A program made the position numbers and the translations under genes. The notes beneath the pieces were generated by a model that was not told the origin of the DNA, made no database searches, and saw nothing but the letters and a program-made list of their open reading frames with translations. From Eledone cirrhosa (taxonomy: Eukaryota): DNA of 64,000 nucleotides. The stretch lies in contig OZ024741.1 in assembly GCA_964016885.1 (NCBI GenBank), positions 138,818,001-138,882,000 of the forward strand. Direction: 5' to 3'. Positions within the stretch are counted from its first letter, which is position 1. Each line of letters opens with the position of its first letter. Positions 41,798 through 56,991 of the stretch are shown one piece after another.

Positions 41798-44700
41798 TAG
41801 AGAGATAGAGAGATAGAGAGATAGATTTATAGATATATGTATGTGTGTGTGGTGTGGTGAATAGATAACCAGTAATATATATATGTATATGCGTCTATAT
41901 GTGTGTATCTAGGGTTTGTGTTGTTGGTTTAGGCACCAAATACAATATAAATTTGTCTTATTTACAGTCAGTTTGGCTTAGTCGTATATGTGTATGCAGT
42001 GAATAAAATAATTTCGTATTGCCATTTATTATCACTTGTATCTCAAATGTTTCATAATGTCTGCCTGGGAAGCAATCAATCAGAACCCCTCTACATACAC
42101 ACATACATTTTCACATATATCTGTCATTGTGTATATATTTAGGTATGTAATTATATGCAGCCACATAATTGCTGGCGCGATCTTGAATATATTTTGTTGT
42201 TTGGCAAGCTAATAGTGCAGAAATGTATCGAAATTTTCTATTGCATGAACTTTACTTAAATAACAAGCAATTATCACTTTTCCCGATTGCTAATATAATA
42301 TAATCTATTTGTAAAGAAAAAAGAAAACTGCTTCAAAATCATTCAATATAAATACCATCACTAAAGCCTAAAATATGTTATAAAACTGGAAAAGGAAATC
42401 AAAGGAGCCGATTCTCCGATCGAACCTAGGAATCAATTAGGATTTCCATTGATAATAGTACCCTACGTTGTAACATTCCTTAAATATGTCACTTTAAAAG
42501 AAAGCATATGATCTTCTGAAAGGTTTACAGAAACAATGCTCTCGTTATCATAATATAATGGTTTCTTATATAGGCACAGGGCCAGTAATTTTAGAGGAGG
42601 GGAAAGTCGATTAAATTGACGCCAGTGCCTGACTGTTACTTTATTTTATCGACCTCGTAATGATGAAAGGCAAAGTTAACCTCGGCTGGATTTGAACTCA
42701 GATCATAAAGGGTCGTAACCCTATCCCACTAAGCATGTTGTCCGACACTCTACCGATTCTGCCAATCCACAATATAATAACGGGAGGAGTGCGGTACTGT
42801 GTCCTGAATATACATTTTTATCCCGTTAGTAAAATAATTTAGATTAATTTGAATAAATAATGAATGAATATTACATGATTTATGTACTAAACTTCGTAGC
42901 TGTTGAGTAAACATAAATATTCTTATACATAATGATTGCTTATTTTAAGAATCACTTCTTTTAAAATGTTCAAATGTCAACACTTTCGTTAGTGTCCGTT
43001 ATATCATAACACATAGTCGTATGCTATATCACTTCGCTTATGTAAACATTCATATATTTGCATCGTTATATGAGGTTTATATTTCCGTCGGTAATTTTCT
43101 ATTTTTTGTTTTCATAACATTTCACAATAAGGCAGTTTATATATAATATCGTCTTTTTTTAATGTATCATGGATCACTTTAGTGATTACAGTGTAATACA
43201 GTTTCTCTCCAATGTTTGTGCTTATTGTCAATTACGATTTTATTTGATGTAACATATCTACATGCATATATATTTTCATATAATATCAATATGCACACTA
43301 CACATGCTAGAAAAAAAACACCCGAACGGTCATTTTTCTGCTAGTTTTATCTAAAAAATCATACTGATGTCTCTGTCAGTTTAACATACATTGTATGTAT
43401 GTGTTAATTTCTTTCTTCGCGGAACTGTATATCATTAGCCACAACCTAATGCTACACCATTCATTACTGCTCTCCTATCTTGACAATATCAGCTGTCATT
43501 AGGTTAACTTTGCCTTTCATCCTTACGGTGTCGATAAAATAAAGTACCAGTAATGTACTGGATATTTGCTGGTCTTGTGCCTAAAAATAGAAACAATTAT
43601 TATTGATCTCAAAATGGTGGTGGATTGGCAGTATCGATAGCGCATTTGACAACATGCTTTGTGTGATTTAATTACGGCCCTTTACGTGCCGAGTTTGAAT
43701 CCCAGAGAGTCGATAAAATAAAGCACCAGTAACGCATTGAGGTGAAATTAATCAAGTTACCGCTTCTCCTGATATTGCTGGTATTGTGCCGAATGTAGAA
43801 ATAATTACAATATTGTGTTCAATTAAGTTATATCATTTTAATGTCTGGTTACGTGTATTTAAGGAATGTTTTGAATATCAATATTTCGGCAAAACAATGA
43901 AAATGAATTTACATTTACCTGAAGAATTTGAATGCCGTTGAGTGTGATAGAAATTGCATAAGATTTTGATAAACACATTTAATTGTTTGGAATGAGGCAA
44001 TATAATAGGTGAAAATAATGATAACTATTGATTAATATTAAACATTTTATGTGAAATGTATTCAAATTAGCTGGTGCATAAATTTAGATGCTCAACATTA
44101 TTATTTTCGCGAAGTTTTCCTTTTATAAAGTTTCAGTATGACATTGACAGAAGTAATATAAACTCGTCTGGGTCATTTTAGTGACTAATATAATTAACAA
44201 TTACTTATTAGAAGCCACGAGATGCAGTATTCTTAGAATACAAAGACGCTTTCCTATTTCTAAGAAGGAAAGTTTTGAAACGATTTTCAGTGAAGGCAAG
44301 AATGAAGCAGAACTCACATACATTTTGCGTATTAAAGATATGCTTCATCTGCTCCTTTGCATATGGTGCGTCATAACTCATTTTTATTAATTAGCATTAG
44401 CGTATGTAAAGTGATATACGATATTTTTATGTATATCAAACATTTTGATATGGGCGTTTAAATGCGTGTTCACGTCACAACTACAACATATGCACCTACA
44501 TTATGAAATAGTTCCGGGAATGAGAAGATTAACAGACATAAACCTATGACAATCACATTAAATAATAATTAACTATGTATTCAAAATGATTTATTATCAG
44601 AATAACAACATATTTTAGACATATATAACATCTGAAATATTTTCTCCTCGAATTAGCAGTAACAAGATATGAATGGAGAAACAATGTATAAATGTAAAGA

Positions 44701-47700
44701 TAAACGCCGCAGAGAATTTATGATTCGTTTTTATTCCATATGTTTCGATGCATATTAAATGGATTCATGTGTGCACTTTACTTCTAAAATATTCTTTACC
44801 GCCATCACGTTATATTAATACATTGAAGGCTCTGTGTAATCCGATGCTTCGCTAATGAAATACCTTTACATTACTGTCAAAAAAAAACAAAGCAAATAAA
44901 ACAACTTCATCGAAAATAACAGTTATAAATCATTGCTGAATATAAAATGGAATGAAATTATGAAAGTCCCTCACCAATAAAAAGAGGAAAGAAATAAAAT
45001 ATGGCGGAAAACCACACATTATCTGAGCCATAAAGAAACTCCTTTTCACAAAATCCCGTCTCTCAACAATAAATAATTTAGCAGTTTACCTGCCAACCCG
45101 TATTTCAAAATGACACCGGATTTTTGCATTTCTTTTCTTTAGCATGAGAATAATTTCTTCTAATACTGACATTCACGAATCAATGAAGAGCATTTATTTG
45201 CATACCTGTCATCTACTATGATTTTGGTTCTTAGCAGGTGTGAAATTTTCTCCCAAGAGATTATTCCCATTACAACACAGATAAATCTAATGTTTTGTGA
45301 ATGCCTCGTTCCATTCCATATGCTTGCAAACCAAGATTGTACATCTAACAATAGAAATAAAAAAAACGTAAGAATTACTCTAATGGAGCCCTGAAATCCT
45401 GATGGTGTTGTGGGTATGACACCGTGACATACGACATGGCTTGAATGTTAATATTAAGGAAGCTCATCCTATCAACAGAATTGCTCAGGGGAGAATCGAC
45501 TCCAATACTGGACTGGGACATAACTAATCATACTCGAAATGGAGAAGGCAAAACAGAAGTGAATGAAATTTGAACATATATTGTATAAATTCTGAAAGAA
45601 GTTGCTTAAAAATATATGATTTATACGTATTACTGGAAGATTTACATAGATTATATAAAATATTATCCGATTATACAAGTAAGCCTATTAAGAAAATACG
45701 GGTCGATTACTAGAGGAAAAGTGGCAGATATTTTACGTTTACATATCAAATTGTAAAACAATAATCTTTTATTTTCTCATGTATAATGAAGGACATTGGT
45801 AGGATCAGACCTCATGGACAAGAACAATTGCCGGGATATATTTGATATTTTATTTGGGTACGAAATAATCTATTTCTCTGAGGATATTTTCATGTACCCA
45901 GGAATACTGAGTATGTCATTCTAACATATATGCTCTGATATATGGAAGTTATTTGGTTCTCATCGATTGTGACCCGAAGACAATTGTCAAGAAGATTTAA
46001 ATCGGAATACAACCACCCTCTTTATAGCGGCACATATTGAGCACAGTTAATCCAATGTGAGCTTGAAAGTGATCGGCGAAAATTCATGAATTAGAGACCA
46101 AGACTCCTGGATCCTATATTGTCCTACATTCATATCATATAACAAAGATAACTATTAACAACCATGCATTAGATACTGAAGTTCCGTTTAGAAGGTTTTT
46201 GTTCATAAGCCTGAGTTATTATCAGCATTTGTATTCGTAAAAACAATTGCGATGACTTACAATGAAGGAGGGTTCAGCAATTTCGTTATACGTTATTATC
46301 ACACGGGGATATCTCTACTGATTGACGCAAAGAAAACGACGCTTTTGTTAGATATTTTTCATCAAAACATAAATTCTGAATGTATTACTCACACTTCTCT
46401 AATTGATCTGTACGTTACGTGGCTGTATTAACTATAACTAATATCCTTACACCAAATGCCATGACATCCTTTTTAAAGTAGATGTCCTTTCAATATGTGT
46501 ATGTAAGATCATTACTTTTGGCAATATGTTCTGTGTTCGACTCTATTAACCATTTCAAAATTAAGTACTGTCTAGATAACGGTATCTTAATGCTAGAATT
46601 TTTTCCATTATATGCAATCATATTCCTTCGATATATTTAGCTTTGTATCTTGAGAGACAGAATGGATTTCGATAGATTCATTTCAGGATAATTCTGGGTG
46701 TTTTGAATATATCTGTTCTCCAATAAGACATTTTCGATGAGATGCCTACTCCGGAGAATTTATTTATCAAATTACATGTTAAACCATATTCATAATGGAA
46801 TACCTTCTATAATCCCAACATAATGCAAAGTTTTCTACGGCAATTGTTTCATTGTAGTTATAATTAACTTTATGCTTTGGACGGGAGATACAAATATTGA
46901 ATGTTTTTGCAGATCTCAGAATTATATAGTCATTCCATACGGGATGACTATAAATATAAGAATAGTATCTCTACCTCCACCTTTCTCTGGTGTATCCCGT
47001 AGCGTGAAGCAATACGTTCAGTCAGTAACATTGGCAGATACGTCAGAGTGTTGGATTAAATGCCTCGGCATTTGTTCCTGTTATCTGCATTCTTAGATCA
47101 AACCACATCGATAACAACTTTGAATTACATCTTCTCCGTATTGATAAATAAGGTACATATAAAACAGCTTCTAGATTGGCATAATTGTTAGAGTTAAACT
47201 AGATGTTTTGTTGTAACGTATCTGTCTTTGGTATTCTGAGATGAAATCGAGGTCAAATGTGTCTTTCATCATTACGTGACGAATAAATAAGGAAAAAAGA
47301 CAGAGGATGTAGATTGGTAGAATTGTAAGAGTCAGAGAAAATGCCTTGAGATATATTAACTGTCTCTGTGTATTTGGAGTTCGATCCCACCTATATCAGG
47401 CGGGGATGGCGGTCAAAATATTGCACGAAACAAGGAAAGAATAATTGTTTCTTCTTTTGACACAAGGCCAGCAAATATCCCAGTGCGTTACTGTTACTTT
47501 ATTTTATTGATGAAAGGCAAAGTTAACCTCGGCGGGATTTGAATTCAGAATGGCAAGGGCCGTAACTCGATGTGTCAAAGCATGGTGTCCGACCCTTTAC
47601 CGATACTGCCAATCCACCGCCATAGCCACGGAAAGAATAATGTACAACGATTATCAGAATCGCCAATTTCATTTTCCCTATTTCTAGGAAGATATAGATA

Positions 47701-48561
47701 TGTGAGAAGTTCCATCGACGTTATTCTATGTACTACGGTGCATACGTAACATTGAACCTATTTGAAAAGATTACAAAGCGATATCATCCTGATGTATAGT
47801 GGCTTCTATCAACATCAGTGTATAAACTCTACTTGTGTATAAACTCTACAGTGTATAAACTCTACTTGAATAAATAGTACGAATGCAAAATATGTTGTCC
47901 TCCTTTCCATTTAATCTGTCTATTGAAATCTCAAATACATGCATATATATATATATGCATACATGCATGATTTGGAATAATATATTCACAACCGTTCCAA
48001 AAATATTAATAAGTAACTCACACATACATACACATAAACTCAAATACACGCATAGAATCGGCTTTAACAATAAAATACATTGCAGTATTTGCACAAACAT
48101 ATGTTCTACCAACTGGTCCCACTATATAGATGTCATCAACTGTCATATTCCTTTGAATTTCTATATATCACAACCACATGCAAATTGATTCTGAAATTGA
48201 ACAAAACATCAAAATAAAGAAACAAAATGAAAGAGAGAGACAGAGAGGGGGAGTGAGAGAGAGAGAAATGAAAATAAATTCACTAGGTTAAAATATTAAA
48301 AATAAATGAAACATATTACAAAATGACTCGCAAAACCACAAAAGGTCGATATAACCAAATAGCATGATCAGTTCTATGACAAAGCTTTAATGGGGAAGGT
48401 GTTAATAATTTAACATTTTATAATAAAATATTATCCCAAATAAATAATGTTATTCCAAATAAATAATATTTATCCCAAATATAACAATAATCAATGTAAT
48501 AGTATGTGTAATATATGATGCTTATTTAGTCTTTTCAATTTGAAAACTTCATTGATGATCT

Positions 48562-51345
48562 TTGCGCATGGTTGGCTATTCAGACCACAAATTAGTGACC
48601 TGCATGGTCAACCTTGACAGAACTCATAGACAGGGCCCCGGTTACTGGAAGCTCAACTTGTCCTTGCCGGCAAGTAGAGCCTACAGGAATCGGATTAGTA
48701 CGTTAGTTAAGGAACGGTTGACTGGAGCGATCGTCAACAGCAGGTGGTGGGTATCTCTAAAGAGAGAGATTAGAGTAGTCTCGATAGAATTTAGTAAGGT
48801 TCTAGCTGCGGATAGGAATAGGAAGGAAAGGGAGCTAATAGATAGAGTAGAAGAGGCAATTAGAAGCGGCGACGTGGCCAGAGTGCTAGCGTCGAGAACG
48901 GCTTTGAGCCAGTTTTTCGACGCGAAGCACGAAGGCTGCGTTGTCCGAAGTAAAATACGTGCTCTAGGGAACGAGGGGACCAAAGCTGTTAGCTGGGCCC
49001 GCGTGACAGAGGCCAACAGTGGAACTAAATCCACCATCCGGTCTTTGCGAGACCTGGATGGACGGGCGATTCTTGAGCCTAAGCAGATGTGTGAGGCCTT
49101 TCAAAGGCACTTTGCCCGACTGTTCGGGAGGGGCGGGGAGCCCGTTGGGAACGTGGACTTCGGTCCATACCTCGACGGCCTGCCGCGCCTCTCGGACAGG
49201 GAGGCGAAGTCCTGCGAGGAGCCGATTTCGGCCGCTGAGATAGAGGACGTGCTGAGCCAATGCGGCAAACGCAAATCCCCGGGTCTCGATGGTCTTCCTT
49301 ACGAATTATATCTAGCTATGCCGGACTTGTTCCCCGATCTCCTCGAGGCGGTCTACTGCAACTGGCAACAGAACGGGAGAATTCCCTGTACTGTGACCAA
49401 GGGCGTAGTCACGCTAGTGAGGAAGGACGAGAACAAGGGGGACGAAATAAGTAACTTCATGCCCATAACACTGCTAAATACAGAGTTACAGATTTTGGCC
49501 AAGGTGCTAGCAAAGAGGTTGGCGCTTGTCGTGGGAAACCTGGTGGGAGATGCGCAGACATGCGTTATCCCGTCCAGGTCCATCCATGACAACCTCCACC
49601 TCATGCGATACATCATAGAGAGGGTTGGGAACGAACCCGGCTTTGGTGGGGCTCTGATCAACTTGGATCAATCTAAGGCGTTCGATAGGGTCGACCATGG
49701 TTACCTGGATGCGGTGCTAGCGGCGGCAGGCTTCGGACCCGTTTTCAGGGGCTGGATCACTGCTATGCACAGCAGCCGCATCTGCTCTAGGGTCAAGGTG
49801 AACGGCTACCTCTCGGAGCCGTTCAAAATCGCGCGGTCCATCCGACAAGGGTGCCCTCTCTCCTCCCTTCTGTATGTGTTGACTCTCGAGCCACTACTGC
49901 GGAAGTTGGAGTTGTTGCAGGGCATCCCTTTGGAACCGGGATTGCGGAAAGCGGTGTCGGCCTACGCCGATGACGTGACAGTAATGGTGTCGACGGCCTC
50001 CGAAATCGAGGCGGTCGGCACCTTACTGGAGGAGTACGAAAAGTTCACAGGGGCTAAGCTGAACCGGGACAAGTCGATCGGTTTGCAACTCGGCACGTGG
50101 AGGGGCAGACCGATGCCCTCCGATGGCGTCGTCGGACGCTGGACGGAGGGCCCGGTGAAGTTGCTCGGGGTCTGGTTCGGACCGGACCTCCGGGTGGAGA
50201 AAAACTGGGCGGAGGTTACGAACAGGGTGTTTGCACTGACCCAGAAGTGGGCCAGTTGCAAACTATCCCTGAAAGGTCGGGCGGAGGTGGCGAACACCTA
50301 CATAGCGTCCGTCATCTACTACCGCCTGACCGTAGTGCCCTGCCCAAGGGAAACCCTCACCAAGATGGAGCGCGCGCTCTTCCAATTCCTTTGGAAGAGG
50401 CGGGCTCCTATGGTGAGGAGATCCATCTGCTGTCAACACCCTTCGAAAGGAGGGCTGGGGATGCCGTGGCTAATGATGCGTAAACACGCATTAAGGCTAC
50501 GGCACCTCTACGTATTCCTCACCGGACAACCGGTGTGGGCCTCGTTTGTGAGACGAACCTTTCCCAGACTCGTCTCACTCACCGAGCTGCAATCCTGGGT
50601 CAAGCAAAGACCGAGAAAACTGGGCGCCTGGCACACTGAGTGTGCCCAGGCGCTCACCGCCCTCTGGCAGGCGGATCCGGTTATCAGTGGAGACTCCACC
50701 GCAACATTCTATAGAGGGCTGGTACGCAGCAGGTGCGACGACGCCCTCGGAGAAGCCCTAGACATGGAGGAGGACGAACTGGCCAGCCTGTTCGGTAGGA
50801 CATTCAGCCCGGGACCTATGGACAACTTCCAGAAGTCCCTGGCCTGGCAGTGCTACCGAGGGGCTTTACCCGTTCGAGAAAGGCTCTACAGACACGGGCG
50901 CCCGGGTAGGGACCCCGCCAAAAAGATCTGTCCCAGATGCGTGTGCGACGAGGAAACCGTTGCACACGCATTGGTACACTGCTCGGGCGTAGCCGATCTG
51001 TGGGGCTATGTCGAACAACTGCTGTCAAGGCTGGGACCGATCCGGTTGACCACCGAGTCTATTGTAATGATCAAGCCGCCTCCCCCCTTCAAAGATGAAG
51101 CAGAGGCGGTGTTTCTGTGCGTAATAGCCATGGCGAAAGAGGTTGTATGGTGGACGCGTCTGAAAGGACTGAGGTCAGGCACCTTTCTCTCTGGCCAACA
51201 ACTGGTCCGTTTCTTCCGATATCATTTCGGAAGAAGGATCAGGATGGAGAGAGAGGTGCTGCACCCCAGCCGTTTCTATGAAAGATGGGTGAAAGTGGCG
51301 AGAATGGCCCGTGTGAATCGGCCTTCACTCTACATCAGACTATAG
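48562..51345 (+). pseudogene. Truncated Tx1 ORF2 (RT and C-terminal finger open, endonuclease mostly missing)
   Basis: 927-aa open frame matching copy 1 apart from about 7 residues. No promoter or ORF1 upstream. Confidence 0.9.
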
Positions 51346-51604
51346 GTGAGGAAGATGAAAGACCAAGGGAGCACCCCTTCTCTGTGCTCCTGAGGAGAAG
51401 GGTTGCACACTTTTTTCGGGGGTGTGTGCGACCCCCCAAGGCGCCTCCTCTCTATTGAGGATTTTGTTAAAAATCTTATTTTTTGTTATATCTTATTTTA
51501 TTTTTATATTTTGTTATTGCCTCCTCCTTATTGAGGACGCCTTTTTGTGTAAACTCCCCCCTTTGTACTTGTCCCACTTTTGATGCCCTAGTGGCAAATA
51601 AAAG

Positions 51605-51608
<4 letters not shown>
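48563..51608 (+). mobile_element. 5'-truncated copy of Tx1 family A
   Basis: Near-identical reverse complement of ~13241-16285. Begins near the end of the APE domain and has the same 3'UTR followed by (TA)n. Confidence 0.95.
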
Positions 51609-51661
<53 letters not shown>

Positions 51662-51898
51662 TGAATGGAAACTATATTTATAAAACCATAATTATTTTAT
51701 TATATATATTTCAAGGGCGACCAAGGTAAATTAGGGTGCCCTTTCATCAGATAAAATACAGATTTGTTTTATAAATAATGACATACCCGGAAAAAAGACA
51801 ACCTCAACGGTTGAAATTCTCAGGATAGTGTGCTTTATATCATTTATAAAAAAAAAAATGTTAAGCTTGTCGAATCCCAACAAATTAAATATAACCTC

Positions 51899-51977
<79 letters not shown>

Positions 51978-52099
51978 GGTGTGGGATGCTTAAGGCGTCC
52001 GTAAGCGGTATGCCGTTTGAGCACTCGATGCTCTTACGAAGCAGAGTATGATATCACATAAGAAACGGAGAATCAGTGTTGCGACGAATAAAATTTACT

Positions 52100-55000
52100 A
52101 GACATATTAGAATGATCAACTCCACACATTTTTCCACAGCAAAATCAATGTTAATGGATGGGTACAGTGATACCACATCCATGCTGCCTATTATGCAGTT
52201 GGGTAGTTTCCTGTTTTTGTTGCACTCACCGATTCTGCTGAGGAGGTCCTCTGTACTGTCACATACATCTGGGGACATCTTGATTATGGGGAGTATAACC
52301 ATTGAGAGGAAGTAGTAGATCCTGTAGTTGCTAGCTATATTAGCTCCGCATACGGGTCTTGTTGGTGGTCCTGTTGTCGGGTCGTCGACTGTCTTGTGGT
52401 CTTTGCTGAACCCATACAAGGGTGGTATGCCATTGTTAGACGCCTGGAAGTTGTTGGCAGTGCGCCTGCTTGGCTTTAGGATGTCAGTCCACATCATCAT
52501 GTGAGCGTTGAGGATTTTCTCTCTCCCATCATGTGTTTGCTGAGCAATTTCGCTCATGTTGGTGATGTGAGGTTGCATAGCCTCGATGTAGTTCGGCATG
52601 CTATCTATTGACATCCTACCAGACTTATCCGTGGGTAGACATACTATCTCACTATCCCGTGTGCGCTGCTTGAGGCTAACCAAGCCTTCTACAGGTTTCC
52701 TCCCAAGTTGTTGGGCCTCTGGTCTGCTCTGTCTCTTAGTATACCGGTCTACTATTTGTCTAATCTTATTTCTAGCTATGGTGAACTGTGCCTCTGTCTC
52801 GTCATCTATTTGTTGTGGTATGCAAACTCTTTTATTAAAGGGTAACCTCGTAGGATAGATATTACCCATCTTATATGTTTTGTCAGCTGGGTTGAAAAAT
52901 AGTTTCTCTAAGGGGTTGTCATTACTTCTATCGTCATAGTTGTGTGTGTTGCTATTATTGTTATCAGGGTGGTTGATGTTGTTTCTATCATTAGCATTAT
53001 TATTATTGTTATGATTGCTAGATGTATTGTTGTTTACTCACCGTTATTGTTGTTGTTACTGTTATTTCTACCATTGTGGTTGTAACTTTTATTATGTTTC
53101 TTGTTTTTGTTGTGTCTATCATTAATGTTGCTACATGTATTATTTCCATTATTACCACTGTGGTTATTGTTGTTGTTGTTCGTATTGTTACTGTTATTAC
53201 TAGTGTGGTCGCTGCTGCTGTGTCTGTGGTTAATGTTTCTATTATTATTATTATTATTGTGGTTGTTGTTGTTGTTCTGTCCATCGTTAGTATTATTACC
53301 ATTATTACTATTTCTCACTCTCCTGCTATTGTTATTGTTATGGCTGTTATTTCTATACTCAGAGTTATTGTTTATATTACTACTATCGTTATTATTGTTG
53401 TTGTTGTTGTTTACTTTTGTATTCCAACGTATTTTTGTGAAACACTTTTCCAGCTCCGTTTTGCACTCAATAGGGTTAATCTTTTTGTAGATGGCAAATT
53501 TTGGTGGTAGCTGCAGGATTTGTTGTTCTTGTTCACTGATTAAAGTGTTCCCATAAATATTTACTGTGTGGTCATTGGTAAATTCTTCCGGTAGTTTTAC
53601 ATCAGTCATACGGATATTGTTGATGTTATCTGGGTATTTTTGAGAATATTCTATTTTCCTTTCTTGTAGTTTTTTCTTATTCATCCATTCTAATTTCTTA
53701 TTGAAATACCTATTGCATTCGTTTCGGGTGTATTTCGTTTCACGTCGGATGACGCTCATGAAGTCATCCCTTTCGTTTGGTGTGGTGAGATTTTGGATTT
53801 CCTTACCGTTAATGCGTTTCTGTCTGTAAAGTTCGTTGACTTTTGTGTATATTGTTCTTTTCATATTAACAGTTATTGTGTGTTTTAGTCGTTCAGCTTG
53901 TGTTTTATTCAATAATAAATTATTTACTTGTTTTGATATATTTGTTGTGTATATTTTTGAGGAAACACAGTGTTTTAAGAAGCGGATTTGTTCTGTTGTT
54001 GTTGTAGTTTTTATATAACAGAAAACAGTGTCTTTAAATAACCTTTCAGCTTGGCACAAGCTAATGCCATAACGGCGATGAATTAGTTTTGCGAGGTTTT
54101 TATGTGAAATCGTGTGTCAAAACAAATATTGTTATACTTGGTGAGGGTCATATTTGTGTAATATTGCCAGAATTAATAACAGAACACACTCACTGTTTGG
54201 TTGGTTTTCGCTTTTCGCTTCTGTGTCTTTTATATCGGTAATCTATTTTATTCGGTCTTCAATGTTGAAATTGACTGACCGGCGGTCAAAAATAATACAG
54301 ATACAATATAGACACAAACACATCTATATAGTTTATCAGAGTTCTTTCGTTGCACATCTGCAACATCGTCAGTGGTGCTATTGTTTCCTTCCGTTGCATT
54401 GTATGTCTACGCCATTTTTATTTAGTCTGTCTATATATTTATCTATTTATTTATTTATTTATTTATACTTCTCTTAGGTCAGTGTTGTTTGTTTGGGTGT
54501 TGTTGTTATTCCATTCATTCTTTCTGTTTAGTCTTGGCCTTCTACGTTCTATTTCACTGGTCTCTCTGATTTGCCTATCTGCTGGGTCATTTCTATGTTT
54601 AGATATTATTGTAATTTTTATGTTGTCTATGTTACCGTCGTGTTGCTGTCTGGCATGTTCGTATAGTACTCATCCGTTTTTTCGTCCTTTTAGTTCCGCC
54701 CAGTGTTGGTCTATCCTTTCACCTATGCTACGAGCTGTCTCGCCTATGTATGTTGTTGTCATGTTTCTGCAAGTACCCTCTGTACATCTTATGCTATAGA
54801 CTACGTTTCTAGTTTTATAGTTTATCCGGGGGTTTACCTTACATATAATACATTTCCTATTAGTACAGTGGGTTTTCTTAAAAGGGTAGGTTTTGCTGAT
54901 CAGGGATTTTATGGTGGTTCCTTGCTTTTCTACCACCTTAATCTTTAAGTGGGTCTTTCTCAGGGCCTTTCTACACTGGTTAGCTAATTTCCCTCCAGGG

Positions 55001-55407
55001 GTAGAGTCCACAAACATGACACTCTGGTATCTCTGTTTGTCGTACCATGAGGTAGCTTTCCCTATCTTATGTCTAGCCCTATCTAAGTTATTCCATGATT
55101 TGATCGTGTATAATGGGCAAATTCCTTTCATGTCCAGTTCTATGAGGGTCTTATACTTCTCCATGGCTCCTTCGTATACTCCGACTCTGTCTCTTTGGTT
55201 GTAGCCAGAGAACTGCATGCGGTTGATGAAGTGTTGGATGTGTCTTTCCATTTCCGTTGCGTCGCACATGCGGGACACATTCTTCATCACTCGTACCAAA
55301 TCTGCGATCAGAATATTAAATTTAGCACTACTGGACATTGCTGAGTTTTTGAGTATCAGGCATTTGGAGGCCATGAGTTTAGCATAGTGTGAGTGGAGAA
55401 TTTGGAG

Positions 55408-55410
<3 letters not shown>
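52100..55410 (-). mobile_element. Penelope-like element in partial-tandem arrangement (3' part of one unit followed by 5' part of the next)
   Basis: 55410-54600 encodes thumb and GIY-YIG ([37 protein letters not shown]). 54059-53034 encodes an N-terminal domain (LQLPPKFA) with an Asn tract. 52869-52100 encodes the RT start (PTDKSG, LYGFSKDHK, TRPVC, SMDVVSLYPS). Confidence 0.85.
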
Positions 55411-55493
<83 letters not shown>

Positions 55494-55511
55494 CTATATA
55501 TATATAATATA

Positions 55512-55606
<95 letters not shown>

Positions 55607-55668
55607 GTATATATATAAATATATATATGTATATATATATATATATATATACATTTGTATATATATAC

Positions 55669-55876
<208 letters not shown>

Positions 55877-56057
55877 GTGTGTATGTATATATAAATATAT
55901 ATACATATAGATTTTGAGTATATGTTGGTTGTATACCAACACCTCAGTATACAGCTGGAGCACTCGACGAAGTGCGCAGGTTGGCTTGGTTACTCCGGAG
56001 TAATGTAAAATAAAGTAAAATAAACAGTAAAATATTTAAAATTTAGCTCCGTTTATT

Positions 56058-56112
56058 ACTGCTATATATATTTCGGTGACAGCCATCTTTGGCTGTGACC
56101 TCTTCAGACAGT
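56058..56112 (-). ncRNA. Type I hammerhead, canonical core, (AU)n stem III
   Basis: ACUGU-CUGAAGA-GGUcACAGCC aaagau GGCUGUcACC-GAAA-UAUAUA-UA-GCAGU. Confidence 0.8.
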
Positions 56113-56793
56113 CTGAATTAGCGTGGTATAGACAAGAACATATGTTGTTGAGGTGTATAATTTTGTCAATACTCTGATATGCCCAGTTCCTGGTTGGGTT
56201 GTTATTTCACTGAGGAACTGGAATCATATGAATTCAAACAAACGAATTTCAGTGTCAAAGGGCCACTTCTCCTCTCATTGGTCAGTTGTTAGAACATTCC
56301 ACATTCAAAAGTCTATAGAAGTTCGTTCCGATGCAAGCCAATCTGTAGTTGTTGTTCTTGTTATTGCTGGTAGTGTTGTTATTGTTGAAGTTAGCTTAAA
56401 AAAATTGATAAAGTGGTAGCAAGAACAAGGTGGTAAAGGAACAAAATAACAAAAAATGTCAAACTTCCCATTGGTCAGTTTTGAGAGCATTCCTCAGTCA
56501 GAAGTCTATAGAAATTCTTTCTGGGGTGAGGCTCTCTGTAGTGTTTGTGTTGCTATTGTTAAGTACATTTGACCTCTACCATTATTTCGGTAGTGTCATT
56601 GGTGTTGTGGTCACCATATGTATTGCTGCTGCTGACAATTTAGAAGTATCTGTGTGTGTTTTTTCTTCGTCCCTCCTGCCACCATCTCCCGTGGTAGTGG
56701 TGGTGGTGGTGGAGTGTGTGTGGGGGGGTTCTTCCATGTATATGAAGAAATATAAGGCAATAAATGAAGAAAACATATATATATATATGTATG

Positions 56794-56904
<111 letters not shown>

Positions 56905-56949
56905 GTATATATATATCTATATCTATATATATACTGTGTATATATATAT

Positions 56950-56991
<42 letters not shown>

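Noticed and set aside
47816-47868. Three copies of a ~16-17-bp unit GTGTATAAACTCTAC
   Set aside because: Ordinary local slippage duplication with no further structure.
48563-51345. A-to-I editing footprint in the retro-copy (4 sense-strand A>G changes versus copy 1)
   Set aside because: Only about a quarter of the ~16 differences are A>G, and G>C is equally frequent; no enrichment and no outgroup to polarise the changes.
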